Below the pieces are notes generated by a model. That model made no database searches. It was not told the DNA's origin and worked only from the letters and a program-made list of their open reading frames with translations. Below, in pieces: positions 51,536-61,414 of a stretch of DNA of 64,000 nt (the stretch's first letter is position 1; the number at the start of each line of letters is the position of its first letter). The position numbers were made by a program, and so were the translations under genes. The DNA comes from an uncultured Lentisphaeraceae bacterium (GTDB taxonomy: Bacteria; Verrucomicrobiota; Kiritimatiellia; RFP12; UBA1067), in assembly GCA_964636295.1 (NCBI GenBank), contig CAZWQY010000006.1, positions 10,486-74,485 on the forward strand, read 5' to 3'.

Positions 51536-52756
51536 ATGTTTGGGTTTCTTAAAAAGAAGTGTCGGAAGCCTGTCGTGTACGCGCGGCAGGAGCACTGCAT
51601 TTCGCGCAAGAACATCGATCCCGATGCGCTGAAGGTGCTTTACCGCCTGTCCGACGCGGGCTATACCGCCTATCTGGTGGGCGGCGGCGTGCGCGACCTG
51701 CTTTTGGGCCGCGCGCCGAAGGACTTTGACGTCGGCACGTCGGCGCGGCCGAACGAGGTCAAGCGCGTCTTCCGCAACTGTTTCCTCATCGGTCGCCGCT
51801 TCCGCCTCGCGCATATCCGGTTCGGCGAGAAGGTGATCGAGACGGCGACGTTCCGCCAGAACTCGCAGACGGTCGGCGAGATCATCGAGCACGCGGCGGA
51901 AGGCCCGCAGGAGGACAACACGTTCGGAACGCCGGAGACCGACGCCTATCGGCGCGACTTCACGGTGAACGGCCTTTTCTATGACATCCGGGACTTCTCC
52001 GTCATCGACTGGGTCGGCGGCATGAGGGATCTCGAGAAGAAGGTCATTCGCGCGATCGGCGATCCGGCGATTCGCTTTCAGGAAGACCCGGTTCGGATGA
52101 TGCGCGCGATCAAGTTCTCGTCGCGGCTCGGCTTCTCGATCGAGCGGCGGACGGCGGCGGCGATGAAGAAGTACCACCGCTGCATCCTGACGGCGGCCGT
52201 TCCGCGCGTGTGCGAAGAAGTCTTTCGCCTCTTCCCGTACGGTCACAGCGAGGAGGCGTTTCGCCAGCTGTACGACTACGGGCTCCTGGGCGACCTCGTG
52301 CCCGAACTGGCGGCGTTCATCGACCGGGACGGCGGAAAGAAGTCGAAGACCTTCCAGTACCTGAAGGTTCTTGACGACTACGAGCGAATGATGGCGCAGA
52401 AGGGGTTTGACGTCTCGAACGGTCTGCGCGCCGCCGTGCTGATGACGGCGTTCTTCCGCGCCGAGCGCAAGGACGGCGCGAGCCGCCGGGTCATGGAGTG
52501 CCTGACCAAGACGCTCGCGGCGCCGAAGGCGACGTTCTTCACGGCCGTCGTCCTGCAGGAATCGCTGAAGCGGTTGGCGCAGTCGCCGACGAAGGGCAAG
52601 CAGCGCTTTGTCTACAACCGCGACTTCCTCGACGCGCTGGACTATGCCCGCATCGTGGCGCGCGCCGAGAAGGGGAGCGAAAAGACCCTGAACGAATGGG
52701 CCGATCTCTACGACAAGAAAGAAGCGAACGAAGAAGCGAAAGGAACAGACGAATGA
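51536..52756 (+). CDS. pcnB: Poly(A) polymerase / CCA-adding nucleotidyltransferase family protein (PcnB-like)
   Basis: AYLVGGGVRDLLLGRAPKDFDVGT...RLAHIRFGEKVIETATFR...RRDFTVNGLFYD. The start is moved to ATG 51536, 9 nt after TGGTATACT; the listed N-extension translates the promoter box. Confidence 0.65.
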   Translation: MFGFLKKKCRKPVVYARQEHCISRKNIDPDALKVLYRLSDAGYTAYLVGGGVRDLLLGRAPKDFDVGTSARPNEVKRVFRNCFLIGRRFRLAHIRFGEKVIETATFRQNSQTVGEIIEHAAEGPQEDNTFGTPETDAYRRDFTVNGLFYDIRDFSVIDWVGGMRDLEKKVIRAIGDPAIRFQEDPVRMMRAIKFSSRLGFSIERRTAAAMKKYHRCILTAAVPRVCEEVFRLFPYGHSEEAFRQLYDYGLLGDLVPELAAFIDRDGGKKSKTFQYLKVLDDYERMMAQKGFDVSNGLRAAVLMTAFFRAERKDGASRRVMECLTKTLAAPKATFFTAVVLQESLKRLAQSPTKGKQRFVYNRDFLDALDYARIVARAEKGSEKTLNEWADLYDKKEANEEAKGTDE

Positions 52757-53388
52757 ATCTCAAGAAGAACCCGGAACTCATCCCCTTGGTCGAATGGTGG
52801 GAGAAGGACGGCAAGCAGACGGTCGTGTGGCTGCTCGTCGCGGCGATTGCCGTGGGCGGCTGGTACGGGTGGAAGAACCATCGCGCGGCGATGAAGGCGG
52901 CGGCCGCCGATGCGGTCGTCAACGCCTACACGACGGAGGAAATCGAGGAGGCCGTCTCGAAGTTCTCTGGCACGGCGACGGCGGGCGCGCTCAAGCTGCG
53001 CCTCGCGAAGAACTACTTCGACAATGGCCGCTACGAGGAGTCCTTGGCGCAGTACGAGTCGCTGGACGGCAAGGCGCCGGATGGCTTTGCGGACGTGCCG
53101 GCCGTCGGCAAGGCGCAGTGCCTGGAGGCGCTCAGGAAATTCGACGAGGCCCTTGCCGCGTTCGACGCCTTCGCGCAGGCGAACCCGAAGAGCTACCTGG
53201 CGCTCACGGCGCAGCTGGGCGCGGCGCGCTGTCTGGCCGAGTCGGGCAAGAGGGACGAGGCCCTGAAGCGGCTTGCGGCGCTCAAGGACGCGAACAAGGA
53301 CGACGAGATCGCAACGGCGCGCGTGGATGCGACCGAGGCGCTCGTGTCGCGCTACGCGCCGCCGACGGCTGTCCCGGCGAAGAAGTAG
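52753..53388 (+). CDS. Membrane-anchored TPR-like protein (YfgM-like)
   Basis: One TM helix (VVWLLVAAIAVGGWYGW), then TPR-like helices (AKNYFDNGRYEESLAQYESL...AQCLEALRKFDEALAAFD). The ATG overlaps the pcnB stop (ATGA). Confidence 0.55.
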   Translation: MNLKKNPELIPLVEWWEKDGKQTVVWLLVAAIAVGGWYGWKNHRAAMKAAAADAVVNAYTTEEIEEAVSKFSGTATAGALKLRLAKNYFDNGRYEESLAQYESLDGKAPDGFADVPAVGKAQCLEALRKFDEALAAFDAFAQANPKSYLALTAQLGAARCLAESGKRDEALKRLAALKDANKDDEIATARVDATEALVSRYAPPTAVPAKK

Positions 53389-53440
53389 GAGGCGGCATTC
53401 TGCGCGCGTCCCCTCCACGGCGGTTTGATGGAATAGGCGC

Positions 53441-54118
53441 ATGGTTGGCGGACTGATTGCCTTGTTGTTTGCGGGGGCTGCGGCGGGCCTCGCGTGGTAT
53501 GTGGCGTCCGGCGTGAAGGTGCGCGCCGGATGGCAGAACGGCGAGTCGCCGTTGGCGCGGTATCTGGACGGCAAGCGGCGCGCGGCGTTCAACCGCCAGT
53601 TGCCGGAGGCCCTGGCGACGATGTCGAATGCGCTTCGGGCGGGCTTCTCGATTTCGCAGGCATTTGATTCCGTCGTCGAGCAGGGCGAGCCGCCGGTGAG
53701 CGAGGAGTTCGCGATTCTCCAGCGGCAGCTGCGGATTGGCATGGGGTTCGAGGAGGCCCTTGAGTCTCTTGCGCAGCGCGTCGGCTCGGAAGACCTGACG
53801 CTTGTCACGACGGCGATTCTCGTCTCCCGCAAGACGGGCGGGAACGTGACGGAGATCTTCGACCGGATCTCGGAGACGATTCGCGGCCGTCAGAAGGTCG
53901 AGCGAAAGGTGAAGTCGCTCACGGCGCAGGGCCGTCTGCAGGGGCTCATCGTCTCGGCGATGCCGCTTTTCCTGGGCGCCGTGATGACGCTGATCAAGCC
54001 GAAGATGATGATTCCGTTCCTGACGAGTTCGGCGGGCGTTCTGTCCGTCGCGGGGATGCTGGCCCTCATCGCGCTGGGCTGGCTGATGATCCGCAAGATC
54101 ATCCGCATTGACGTCTGA
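53441..54118 (+). CDS. Type II secretion system F-domain protein (TadB/TadC-like), orphan
   Basis: LPEALATMSNALRAGFSISQAFDSV...FEEALESLAQRVGSEDL...TGGNVTEIFDRISETIR, followed by C-terminal TM helices. Confidence 0.7.
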   Translation: MVGGLIALLFAGAAAGLAWYVASGVKVRAGWQNGESPLARYLDGKRRAAFNRQLPEALATMSNALRAGFSISQAFDSVVEQGEPPVSEEFAILQRQLRIGMGFEEALESLAQRVGSEDLTLVTTAILVSRKTGGNVTEIFDRISETIRGRQKVERKVKSLTAQGRLQGLIVSAMPLFLGAVMTLIKPKMMIPFLTSSAGVLSVAGMLALIALGWLMIRKIIRIDV

Positions 54119-54182
54119 CCGGTTCCGCGCGTCGGCGGGGCTTGGGGCGGCGGTTTCTGTTAATGCGCCGTTAATGCTGATG

Positions 54183-54191
54183 TGGTATAAT
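54183..54191 (+). promoter_or_regulatory. Extended -10 box TGGTATAAT upstream of the Zn-ribbon::EIIA gene
   Basis: About 55 nt upstream of ATG 54247. Confidence 0.55.
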
Positions 54192-54246
54192 CGCGTTCGT
54201 TGACTTGGAGAATCGAAACATCAACGACAAGGAAGGAGAATCGACT

Positions 54247-55074
54247 ATGGAGACGGATCAGATCAAGCTTCTGCGGCAGATGCAGCACCTTCTGCTGATT
54301 CGAGACGAGCACGTGAACGTGGGGACGGGCGAACGGGTTGGCGAACTCGGCGATGCCGTCGAGCGGCTGCGTCTGCAGCTCGAGCCGGACGTGGCTGCGC
54401 TCGTTCGCCGGCTCCAGACGAAGGATCGTCTCTTCCTCTCGCCGGTCGCGCGCGGGAACTGCTCGGCGTGCGGCCTTCGCGTCCCGATTTCGGCGCTTCA
54501 GCACGTCTTGGGCGGCGACCGCCTCGTCACGTGCGCGAGCTGCGGACGCATCCTTTACCGTCCGGACGTGAAGGCGACGGGCTTGCGGCCGGGCGAGCCG
54601 GATCCGAAGTTTCTCCTGTCGCGCTTCAGCACGCCGAAACTGATGCTGGCGGATCTCAAGGCGGAGACGCCGGCGGACGCGATTACCGAACTGTGCGCGG
54701 TCTTGGCGAAGGAGAAGATGATCGAAGACCCGACGGCCGTCGTGGCGGCGGCGCTCGCGCGCGAGAAGATTCTCACGACGGCGGTGGGGCATGGCCTGGC
54801 GTTTCCGCACATGCGGGGCATTGAGGAGGGCGTCCTCACCTTTGCGGCGGGCCTTTCGCGGAAGGGGATCGACTGGAACGGCGAGAAGGTGAACCTCGTC
54901 GTGTTCACCGCGCTGCCCGTCGTCGCCTCGCCGTTCTACCTGAAGCTGATCGCCGCGTTCGCGAAGACGTTCGAGGACGGGGAGGCGTTGCCGTTCGTCC
55001 TCGCGGCGATGGACGCCAAGTCGATGTGGAAGGAGCTGAACAAGGCGACGCGCGTCGCCGTCAAGGGCCTCTAG
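54247..55074 (+). CDS. COG1579/HP0958-type zinc-ribbon region fused to a PTS EIIA type-2 (PtsN-like) domain
   Basis: CSACGLRVPISALQHVLGGDRLVTCASCGRILY is the family-typical ...C..CGRILY ending. The EIIA domain follows, with AVGHGLAFPHMRG. ATG 54247 is preceded by AAGGAAGGAG. Confidence 0.65.
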   Translation: METDQIKLLRQMQHLLLIRDEHVNVGTGERVGELGDAVERLRLQLEPDVAALVRRLQTKDRLFLSPVARGNCSACGLRVPISALQHVLGGDRLVTCASCGRILYRPDVKATGLRPGEPDPKFLLSRFSTPKLMLADLKAETPADAITELCAVLAKEKMIEDPTAVVAAALAREKILTTAVGHGLAFPHMRGIEEGVLTFAAGLSRKGIDWNGEKVNLVVFTALPVVASPFYLKLIAAFAKTFEDGEALPFVLAAMDAKSMWKELNKATRVAVKGL

Positions 55075-55083
55075 CGCCGGTTG

Positions 55084-55092
55084 TGGTATAAT
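55084..55092 (+). promoter_or_regulatory. Extended -10 box TGGTATAAT, 8 nt before the mutY ATG (leaderless)
   Basis: TGGTATAAT-CTGCGGCG-ATG(55101). Confidence 0.7.
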
Positions 55093-55100
55093 CTGCGGCG

Positions 55101-56063
55101 ATGGAACGACGAGAAGAGATCGCGGCGGCGATGGAGGCGTGGTTCGCGGCGGCGAAGCGTCCGATGCCCTGGCGAAAGAAGCCGACGCCCTACGCCTGCT
55201 GGCTGTCCGAGATCATGATGCAGCAGACGACGTATGCGTCGGTTCTGCCGTACTATACGCGCTTCCTCAGGCGGTTCCCGACGGTCGAGGCGCTGGCGGC
55301 GGCCGACGAGGGCGACGTCCTGAAGGCGTGGGAGGGCCTGGGCTACTACGCCCGCGCGCGCAATCTCCTCAAGGCGGCGAAGGCGTTCGTCGCGTCGGGG
55401 CGCGTCGTCTGGCCGGACAGCGCGGCGGCGTGGGCGCAGGTTCCCGGCGTCGGGTCCTACACGGCGGCCGCGCTCGCGAGCGTCCTCCTCGGCGCGCGCG
55501 TGCCGGTGGTGGACGGCAATGTCGCGCGCGTCTTTGCGCGCGTCTGGGAGCTGGGGGACGACTTCCGGAAGCTGCCCGCGCGCCAGCGGCTCGCGGCGCG
55601 GCTTCAGCGCGAGATCGACCGCGCCGCCGTGCCGGGCGACTTCAACCAGGCGATGATGGAACTGGGCGCGCTCGTCTGCACGCCGACGAATCCGTCGTGC
55701 GCGGCCTGTCCGCTTGCGGCGGTCTGCGGCGCGGCACGCCACGGCACGCAGGCCGCGTTTCCGGTCAAGGCGCGGCGGAAGGAGCTGCCCGTGCGGCAGG
55801 TGACGGCCGTCGTCGTCGCGGATGCGGCGGGGCGCGTCCTGCTCGCCCAGAATCGGGAGGGCGGCCTCCTGAAGGGCCTGTGGGAACTGCCGGCCGTCGC
55901 GCCCGCCGCCGCGCGGACGCAGGTCTTTTCGCATTTCAAGCTGGAGCTGCGGACGGTGCGGACCGTGCGCGCCGACGCCGAGTTTCGGAATCCGCGCGAG
56001 GTGCCGCTCACGACGGCGACGCGCAAGGTCCTCGTGCAGGAGGGCCTGCTGGAGGAATCGTAA
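55101..56063 (+). CDS. mutY: A/G-specific adenine DNA glycosylase
   Basis: PWRKKPTPYACWLSEIMMQQTT, GLGYYARARNL, VDGNVARV and the 4Fe-4S cluster loop CTPTNPSCAACPLAAVC. The ATG is 8 nt after TGGTATAAT. Confidence 0.85.
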   Translation: MERREEIAAAMEAWFAAAKRPMPWRKKPTPYACWLSEIMMQQTTYASVLPYYTRFLRRFPTVEALAAADEGDVLKAWEGLGYYARARNLLKAAKAFVASGRVVWPDSAAAWAQVPGVGSYTAAALASVLLGARVPVVDGNVARVFARVWELGDDFRKLPARQRLAARLQREIDRAAVPGDFNQAMMELGALVCTPTNPSCAACPLAAVCGAARHGTQAAFPVKARRKELPVRQVTAVVVADAAGRVLLAQNREGGLLKGLWELPAVAPAAARTQVFSHFKLELRTVRTVRADAEFRNPREVPLTTATRKVLVQEGLLEES

Positions 56064-56408
56064 ATGGGGCAGGTCAACTGGATCACGGTCGGGATGCTCG
56101 TCGTCTCGAATCTCATCATGCTCTACGCCTGGTACGGGCATTTGCGGACGCTGGGCAATGCGCCCATCTGGACGGCGATTCTCGTCTCGTGGGCGATTGC
56201 GCTGTTCGAGTATTGCGTCGCGGTGCCGGCGAACCGGATCGGGTCGAAGACGATGACGCTGGAACAGCTCAAGATCGTGCAGGAGGCCGTCTCGCTGCTC
56301 GTCTTCGTGCCGTTTTCGATGGTCGTCATGAAGCAGGGCGTGACGTGGAACTACGCGGCGGCGGCCGTCTGCATCTTTGCCGCCGTCTACTTCGTCTTCC
56401 GTGGCTAG
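56064..56408 (+). CDS. Small DMT-superfamily membrane protein (DUF486-like)
   Basis: 114 aa with four hydrophobic helices and LYAWYGHL...FEYCVAVPANRIG, characteristic of this family as I recall it. Confidence 0.6.
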   Translation: MGQVNWITVGMLVVSNLIMLYAWYGHLRTLGNAPIWTAILVSWAIALFEYCVAVPANRIGSKTMTLEQLKIVQEAVSLLVFVPFSMVVMKQGVTWNYAAAAVCIFAAVYFVFRG

Positions 56409-56492
56409 GGGGCGGTTTTGCGGACAAGACCCTGGATATTGACGGGAAAAAGGCGGCCGGAAATACCCCCCTTGTCAGGATCGGGCGGTTTT

Positions 56493-56501
56493 CGGTATAA
56501 T
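56493..56501 (+). promoter_or_regulatory. -10 box CGGTATAAT upstream of fusA, with TTGTCA 18 nt upstream
   Basis: TTGTCA (56472-77), 18 nt, TATAAT, then a 38-nt A-rich leader. Confidence 0.55.
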
Positions 56502-56539
56502 ACGCAAATAATTTTCAACCAAAAGGAAGAAAGAAGAAA

Positions 56540-58642
56540 ATGGCAAAGCGCGACATTCCGCTCGATCACGTGAGAAACTTCGGCATCATGGCCCACATCG
56601 ACGGTGGCAAGACCACGACGTCCGAGCGTATTCTCTTCTATTCCGGCAAGAACTACAAGATCGGCGAGGTGCATGACGGCGCGGCGACGATGGACTTCAT
56701 GGCCCAGGAGCAGGAGCGCGGCATCACGATTCAGTCGGCGGCGACGTGCGTCCAGTGGGGTGCCTACCGCCTCTCCCTCATCGACACTCCCGGACACGTT
56801 GACTTCACGGCCGAGGTCGAGCGCTCGCTGCGCGTCCTCGACGGCGCGGTCGCGCTCTACTGCGCGGTCGGCGGCGTCCAGCCCCAGTCCGAGCAGGTGT
56901 GGCGTCAGAGCGAGAAGTACAAGGTGCCGAAGATCGCGTTCGTCAACAAGATGGACCGCGTCGGCGCGAACTTCTACTCCGTCATGGAGCAGATGAAGAG
57001 CCAGCTCAACGCGAACCCGGTTCCGATGGTCATTCCGATCGGCGCGGCGGAGACGTTCGACGGCGTCATCGACCTCGTCAAGATGAAAGCCCTCTACTTC
57101 GACATGAAGTCGCTCGGCAAGACGGTTCTTGAGAAGGACATCCCGGAGGAGTACCTCGCGAAGGCGCAGGAGTACCGCCAGAAGATGGTCGAGTCGGCGG
57201 CCGAGCAGGACGACGCGCTCATGGAGAAGTTCTTCGCGGGCGAAGAGCTCACGAACGACGAGATCAAGAAGGCGATCCGCAAGGGTACGCTCGCGCGGAC
57301 GATTACGCCGGCGTTCTGCGGCACGGCGTTCAAGGACAAGGGCATCCAGCCGCTTCTTGACGCGGTCTGCGACTACCTGCCGTCTCCGCTGGACGCGGGT
57401 CCGGCCGTCTCGGCCGACGATCCGTCCCAGAAGCGCGAGGTGAGCGACACCGAGCCGTTCTGCGGCCTTGCGTTCAAGATCATGAACGATCCGCGTTCGG
57501 GCGGCAAGATCACGTTCGTGCGCGTCTATTCGGGCACGCTCAAGCTGGGCGAGGAGCTCCTCGACTCGACGATCAACAAGGAGCAGCGCATTTCGCGTCT
57601 CTTCCGCATGCACGCCTCGAAGCAGGAGCCGCTGGAAGAGGCGCACGCGGGCGACATCGTCGCGTGCGTCGGCCTGACCGAGACGCGCACGGGCGACACG
57701 CTCTGCAACCCGGACAAGCCGATTACGCTTGAGTCGATCGACTTCCCGGCGCCGGTCATCTCGGTCGCCGTCAAGCCGAAGAGCCGTGGCGACAACGAGA
57801 AGCTTGGCGTCGCGCTCCACGCGCTGGCGATGGAAGACCCGACCTTCGTCGTCACCTTCGATCAGGAGACGAGCGAGACGATCATCGCCGGCATGGGCGA
57901 GCTTTACCTGGAGGTCATCGTCGACCGCCTGAAGCGCGAGTTCAACGTCGAGTGCGACGTCGGCGCGCCGCAGGTCGCGTACCGCGAGACAATCACGGTG
58001 CCGGTCGACAACGAGTACAAGCACGTCAAGCAGTCCGGCGGCCGAGGCCAGTACGCGCACGTCTGTCTCAAGCTCGCGCCGCAGGAGCCGGGCAAGGGCT
58101 TCGAGTTCGTCAACGAGGTCAAGGGCGGCGTCATTCCGACGGAGTACATTCCGGCGGTCGAGAAGGGCGTCAAGAAGGCGCTCGAGTCCGGCCCGCTGGC
58201 GGGCTTCCCGGTCGTGGACGTCAAGGCGACGGTCTACTTCGGCTCGTACCACGAGGTCGACTCGAACGAGTTCGCGTTCATCACCTGCGCAATGCAGTGC
58301 TTCAAGCAGGCGTTCCTGAAGGCGAAGCCGCAGCTCCTCGAGCCGATGATGGATGTCGAGGTCGTCGTCCCCGAACAGTACATGGGCGCGGCGAACGGCT
58401 CGATCAACCAGCGTCGCGGCCGCATCGAGGGCATGGAAGACCGCGCGGGCGTCAAGCTCCTCAAGGCGACGGTCCCGCTCGGCGAAATGTTCGGCTACTC
58501 GAATGCGATTCGTACGGTCACGCAGGGCCGTGGCTCGTTCACGATGATCTTCAAGCAGTACGAGGCCGTGCCGAAGAACATTGCGCAGACGGTCATCGAG
58601 AAGCGCGTGAAGGAAGGCAAGGTTCGCCCGATGGCCGACTAA
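56540..58642 (+). CDS. fusA: Translation elongation factor G (stand-alone, with its own promoter and terminator)
   Basis: [19 protein letters not shown]...[24 protein letters not shown]...DTPGHVDF...NKMDR. All five domains appear to be present (700 aa). Confidence 0.95.
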   Translation: MAKRDIPLDHVRNFGIMAHIDGGKTTTSERILFYSGKNYKIGEVHDGAATMDFMAQEQERGITIQSAATCVQWGAYRLSLIDTPGHVDFTAEVERSLRVLDGAVALYCAVGGVQPQSEQVWRQSEKYKVPKIAFVNKMDRVGANFYSVMEQMKSQLNANPVPMVIPIGAAETFDGVIDLVKMKALYFDMKSLGKTVLEKDIPEEYLAKAQEYRQKMVESAAEQDDALMEKFFAGEELTNDEIKKAIRKGTLARTITPAFCGTAFKDKGIQPLLDAVCDYLPSPLDAGPAVSADDPSQKREVSDTEPFCGLAFKIMNDPRSGGKITFVRVYSGTLKLGEELLDSTINKEQRISRLFRMHASKQEPLEEAHAGDIVACVGLTETRTGDTLCNPDKPITLESIDFPAPVISVAVKPKSRGDNEKLGVALHALAMEDPTFVVTFDQETSETIIAGMGELYLEVIVDRLKREFNVECDVGAPQVAYRETITVPVDNEYKHVKQSGGRGQYAHVCLKLAPQEPGKGFEFVNEVKGGVIPTEYIPAVEKGVKKALESGPLAGFPVVDVKATVYFGSYHEVDSNEFAFITCAMQCFKQAFLKAKPQLLEPMMDVEVVVPEQYMGAANGSINQRRGRIEGMEDRAGVKLLKATVPLGEMFGYSNAIRTVTQGRGSFTMIFKQYEAVPKNIAQTVIEKRVKEGKVRPMAD

Positions 58643-58659
58643 ACGGCTCTTCGTTCGAA

Positions 58660-60093
58660 TCAGACGGAAAGCGGCGCGGGTGACTGCGCCGCTTTCCGTT
58701 TTTTCGGCGGCGGGGTCAGCGTCGGCCGCGTGTCGCGAAGCGTCTCAAGGGCGTGGCGCAGACGGTGCGCGCTCCCGGCCGAACACAGCGAGACGCGCAG
58801 AAAGGCGTCTTTTGCACCGCGCACGACGGCGAAACGGTCGGAGTGGAGAACGCGAATCCCCGCCGCACGGCAGATTCGCTCGATTTCCGGCCCGCGCCCT
58901 GTCGTCCCCGGCAGCGGGAGCATGCGGAAGAGACGGTGCGCATCACCGCCCGTGTCCGAGTCGGGAAAGACGGCGTCGAAAATCCGGTTGGCCTTTTCCG
59001 CCGCTTTCGCCTTGGTCGCGAGGACGGCTTCCGCCGCGCCCGAAAGGACGAGTTCGCCAAGGATCTCCGCATCGAGCGCACTTGCCTTGATGGTCGCGTG
59101 GTGAAGTCCCGTGAAGAGTCGGTCGCGAACGGCGGCCGGGGCGCAGACATAGGTGGCGCGCAGGCCAGGCGCGAGCAGGCGCGTCGAACCCGCGAGATAG
59201 ATCGTGCGTTCCGGCAGTCGCGCGAAGAGCGTCCGTTGTCCGGGACGGGGCGGACACAGGGAGGCGTCGTCCTCCAGCAGGAGCAGGCCACGCCTGGCCG
59301 CAACGGCTGCGAGTTCGTCCTTTCGCCCTTCGGCGAGCGTCAGGGTCGTCGGATTCGCGCAGTTCGGCATGAGGAAGACACCCGTCACGCCGTGTTGCGC
59401 TGCCGCGTCGAGCGCGTCGGGACGCATGCCGTGCGCATCATCCGCGACGGGCACGAGCCGAACGCCCGCGAGCCGTGCGAACGCCAGGAGATTTCCGTAC
59501 GTGAACGGATCGACGGCTAGCGCGTCGCCGACGCCGAAGACGGAGAGGAGCGCCGTCGAGAGCGCGCCCTGCACGCCGGGGAAGACGGCAATGCGGTCGT
59601 CGGGCGCGACGATGCCGCCGCGCGCAAGCCAATGCCGGCCCGCGACCCGATGCCGTCGAAGGCCCTCCCGGTCGCCGTAGGTGAAGAGGCGTTGCGCCGT
59701 CTCGCGCGCGAGGACGGTCTGCGCCGCGTGGACGACGGCCGCCGCGCCGATTTCGGGGAAAGCCTGGACGACGCCAAGATCGACGAGCCGGTCGTCTTCT
59801 TCGGTATCCGCCGCGTCGCGAACGGACGCGACGAAGGTGCCGCGCCCGGTGACGCCGTAGACGAGGCCCTTGGCACGGCAGACGCCGTAGGCGCGCGTGA
59901 CGGTCGTGAAGTCGATGTCGAGGAAGTCGGCGAGTTCGCGCTGCGGCGGAAGCCGCGTCCCCGGCGGCAACGCGCCCGACCGCACGTCGCGCTCCAGCGC
60001 GGCCGCAAGCGACAGATAGAGAGGGCCTGGCCCCAGCGTTTCGCGCGCGGGCTTCCAGTTCATCGGATAGGATTCGAACGAATTGACGGGCAT
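58660..60093 (-). CDS. MocR/GabR-type regulator (GntR HTH + fold-I aminotransferase-like domain)
   Basis: HTH LPPQRELADFLDIDFTTVTRAYGVCRAKGLVYGVTGRGTFV, followed by a long PLP-aminotransferase-like domain. Confidence 0.8.
   Translation of the reverse strand: MPVNSFESYPMNWKPARETLGPGPLYLSLAAALERDVRSGALPPGTRLPPQRELADFLDIDFTTVTRAYGVCRAKGLVYGVTGRGTFVASVRDAADTEEDDRLVDLGVVQAFPEIGAAAVVHAAQTVLARETAQRLFTYGDREGLRRHRVAGRHWLARGGIVAPDDRIAVFPGVQGALSTALLSVFGVGDALAVDPFTYGNLLAFARLAGVRLVPVADDAHGMRPDALDAAAQHGVTGVFLMPNCANPTTLTLAEGRKDELAAVAARRGLLLLEDDASLCPPRPGQRTLFARLPERTIYLAGSTRLLAPGLRATYVCAPAAVRDRLFTGLHHATIKASALDAEILGELVLSGAAEAVLATKAKAAEKANRIFDAVFPDSDTGGDAHRLFRMLPLPGTTGRGPEIERICRAAGIRVLHSDRFAVVRGAKDAFLRVSLCSAGSAHRLRHALETLRDTRPTLTPPPKKRKAAQSPAPLSV
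58664..58704 (+). terminator. Strong intrinsic terminator after fusA, overlapping the 3' coding end of the convergent MocR gene
   Basis: 14-bp stem ACGGAAAGCGGCGC / GCGCCGCTTTCCGT with an 8-nt loop and a T6 tract. Confidence 0.85.
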
Positions 60094-60115
60094 TTTATCC
60101 TCGCTTCAAGGCCGC

Positions 60116-60124
60116 ATTATATCA
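60116..60124 (-). promoter_or_regulatory. Extended -10 box TGATATAAT upstream of the MocR-type regulator
   Basis: Minus strand: TGATATAAT, a 22-nt leader, then ATG 60093. Confidence 0.55.
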
Positions 60125-60160
60125 AACTGCCGCGTCGAGGGACGGACGAAGACGCGAATG

Positions 60161-60169
60161 TGGTATAAT
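60161..60169 (+). promoter_or_regulatory. Extended -10 box TGGTATAAT upstream of the murE-like gene
   Basis: 48 nt upstream of ATG 60218, with GGAGGGGAG as an SD-like element. Confidence 0.6.
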
Positions 60170-60217
60170 TTCCCGAACTGTTCCGACGGCGGAACGAATG
60201 GAGGGGAGAGCGGACAC

Positions 60218-61414
60218 ATGAATTTCTACGGCATCACCGGCACGAACGGCAAGACCACGACGACATGGATCTTCGCTGCGTTTCTGAACGCCTGTCCGGG
60301 GCGGAAATGCGGATACGTGACGACGGTCGAGGTCTTCGACGGCGCGAAACGCTTTTCGACGGGCTACACGACGCCACCGCTCGCGCAGTTGCACGAGATC
60401 TACGCGGCGATGGCGGCGAACGGCTGCACGGACTGCGTGATGGAAGTCTCGTCCCATGCGATTCACCAGAACCGCACGGGCGACACGGTCTTTGCGGGCG
60501 GCGCGTTCACGAACCTTTCCGAGGATCATCTCGACTACCACAAGACGATGGCCGAGTATTTTCGCGTCAAGGCGAGTTTCGCCGCGAAGATCGCCGCATC
60601 GCATCCGACGCGGCCCGACATGGGGCGGCGGGAGTTGCCGCCCTATGTCGTCTGCCTGGACGGCGAGAACGGTCGCGCAATGTTTGACGCCGTCGGCGAT
60701 TTTGCCGTGAACGTCATTCCCGTCACGAACGGGCGCGACCAGACGCCGCCCGCGCCCCGTCCGGCCTATGACCTGTCGGGCCTTCAGCTGGTCGGAGACT
60801 ACAACGAGTCGAACGTGCTTGTCGCGGCGGCCTTGGCCGAGGCGGCGGGTGTGCCGCACGCCGTCATCCAGTCCGTCATCCCGACGCTTCGTCCGCGCTG
60901 GGGACGGCTGGAGCGAGTCGCGAATCCGCATGTGAAGGCGCAGGTCTACGTCGATTTCGCGCACACGCCGGATGGACTGGAGAAGGTGCTGACGGCGGCG
61001 CGCGGCTTCACGAAGGGGCGGCTCTGGGTCGTCTTCGGCGCGGGGGGCGACCGCGATCCGTTGAAGCGTCCGCTCATGGGAGCGGCGTGCGCGCGCCTCG
61101 CCGACAGCCTCGTCGTCACGTCCGACAATCCGCGCGGCGAAGACCCGCTGGCGATCATCGACGCGATTCGTGTCGGCGTGCGCGAGGTCGCCAAACGGCG
61201 GACGCCGCCGCCGGACGTTTTCGTCGAGCCGGATCGTCGGGCGGCGATTGCCTGTGCGCTGGCGCGCGCGGCGGCGGACGATGTCGTCATCGTCGCCGGA
61301 AAGGGGCACGAGACGACGCAGGAGGTGAAGGGCGTCAAGCATCCCTTTGACGATCGCGAAGTCGTCCGCGCGTTCGGCGGTGCGAGCCAGGAGGGGGTTT
61401 GTCATGCCCTTTGA
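60218..61414 (+). CDS. MurE-like Mur ligase lacking the N-terminal UDP-binding domain
   Basis: The protein starts directly at the P-loop (MNFYGITGTNGKTTTT). It also has MEVSSHA, FTNLSEDHLDYH, VDFAHTPDGLEK, FGAGGDRD and the MurE-specific TSDNPRGEDP. Only about 125 nt separate it from the divergent MocR gene, and that gap contains TGGTATAAT. Confidence 0.8.
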   Translation: MNFYGITGTNGKTTTTWIFAAFLNACPGRKCGYVTTVEVFDGAKRFSTGYTTPPLAQLHEIYAAMAANGCTDCVMEVSSHAIHQNRTGDTVFAGGAFTNLSEDHLDYHKTMAEYFRVKASFAAKIAASHPTRPDMGRRELPPYVVCLDGENGRAMFDAVGDFAVNVIPVTNGRDQTPPAPRPAYDLSGLQLVGDYNESNVLVAAALAEAAGVPHAVIQSVIPTLRPRWGRLERVANPHVKAQVYVDFAHTPDGLEKVLTAARGFTKGRLWVVFGAGGDRDPLKRPLMGAACARLADSLVVTSDNPRGEDPLAIIDAIRVGVREVAKRRTPPPDVFVEPDRRAAIACALARAAADDVVIVAGKGHETTQEVKGVKHPFDDREVVRAFGGASQEGVCHAL

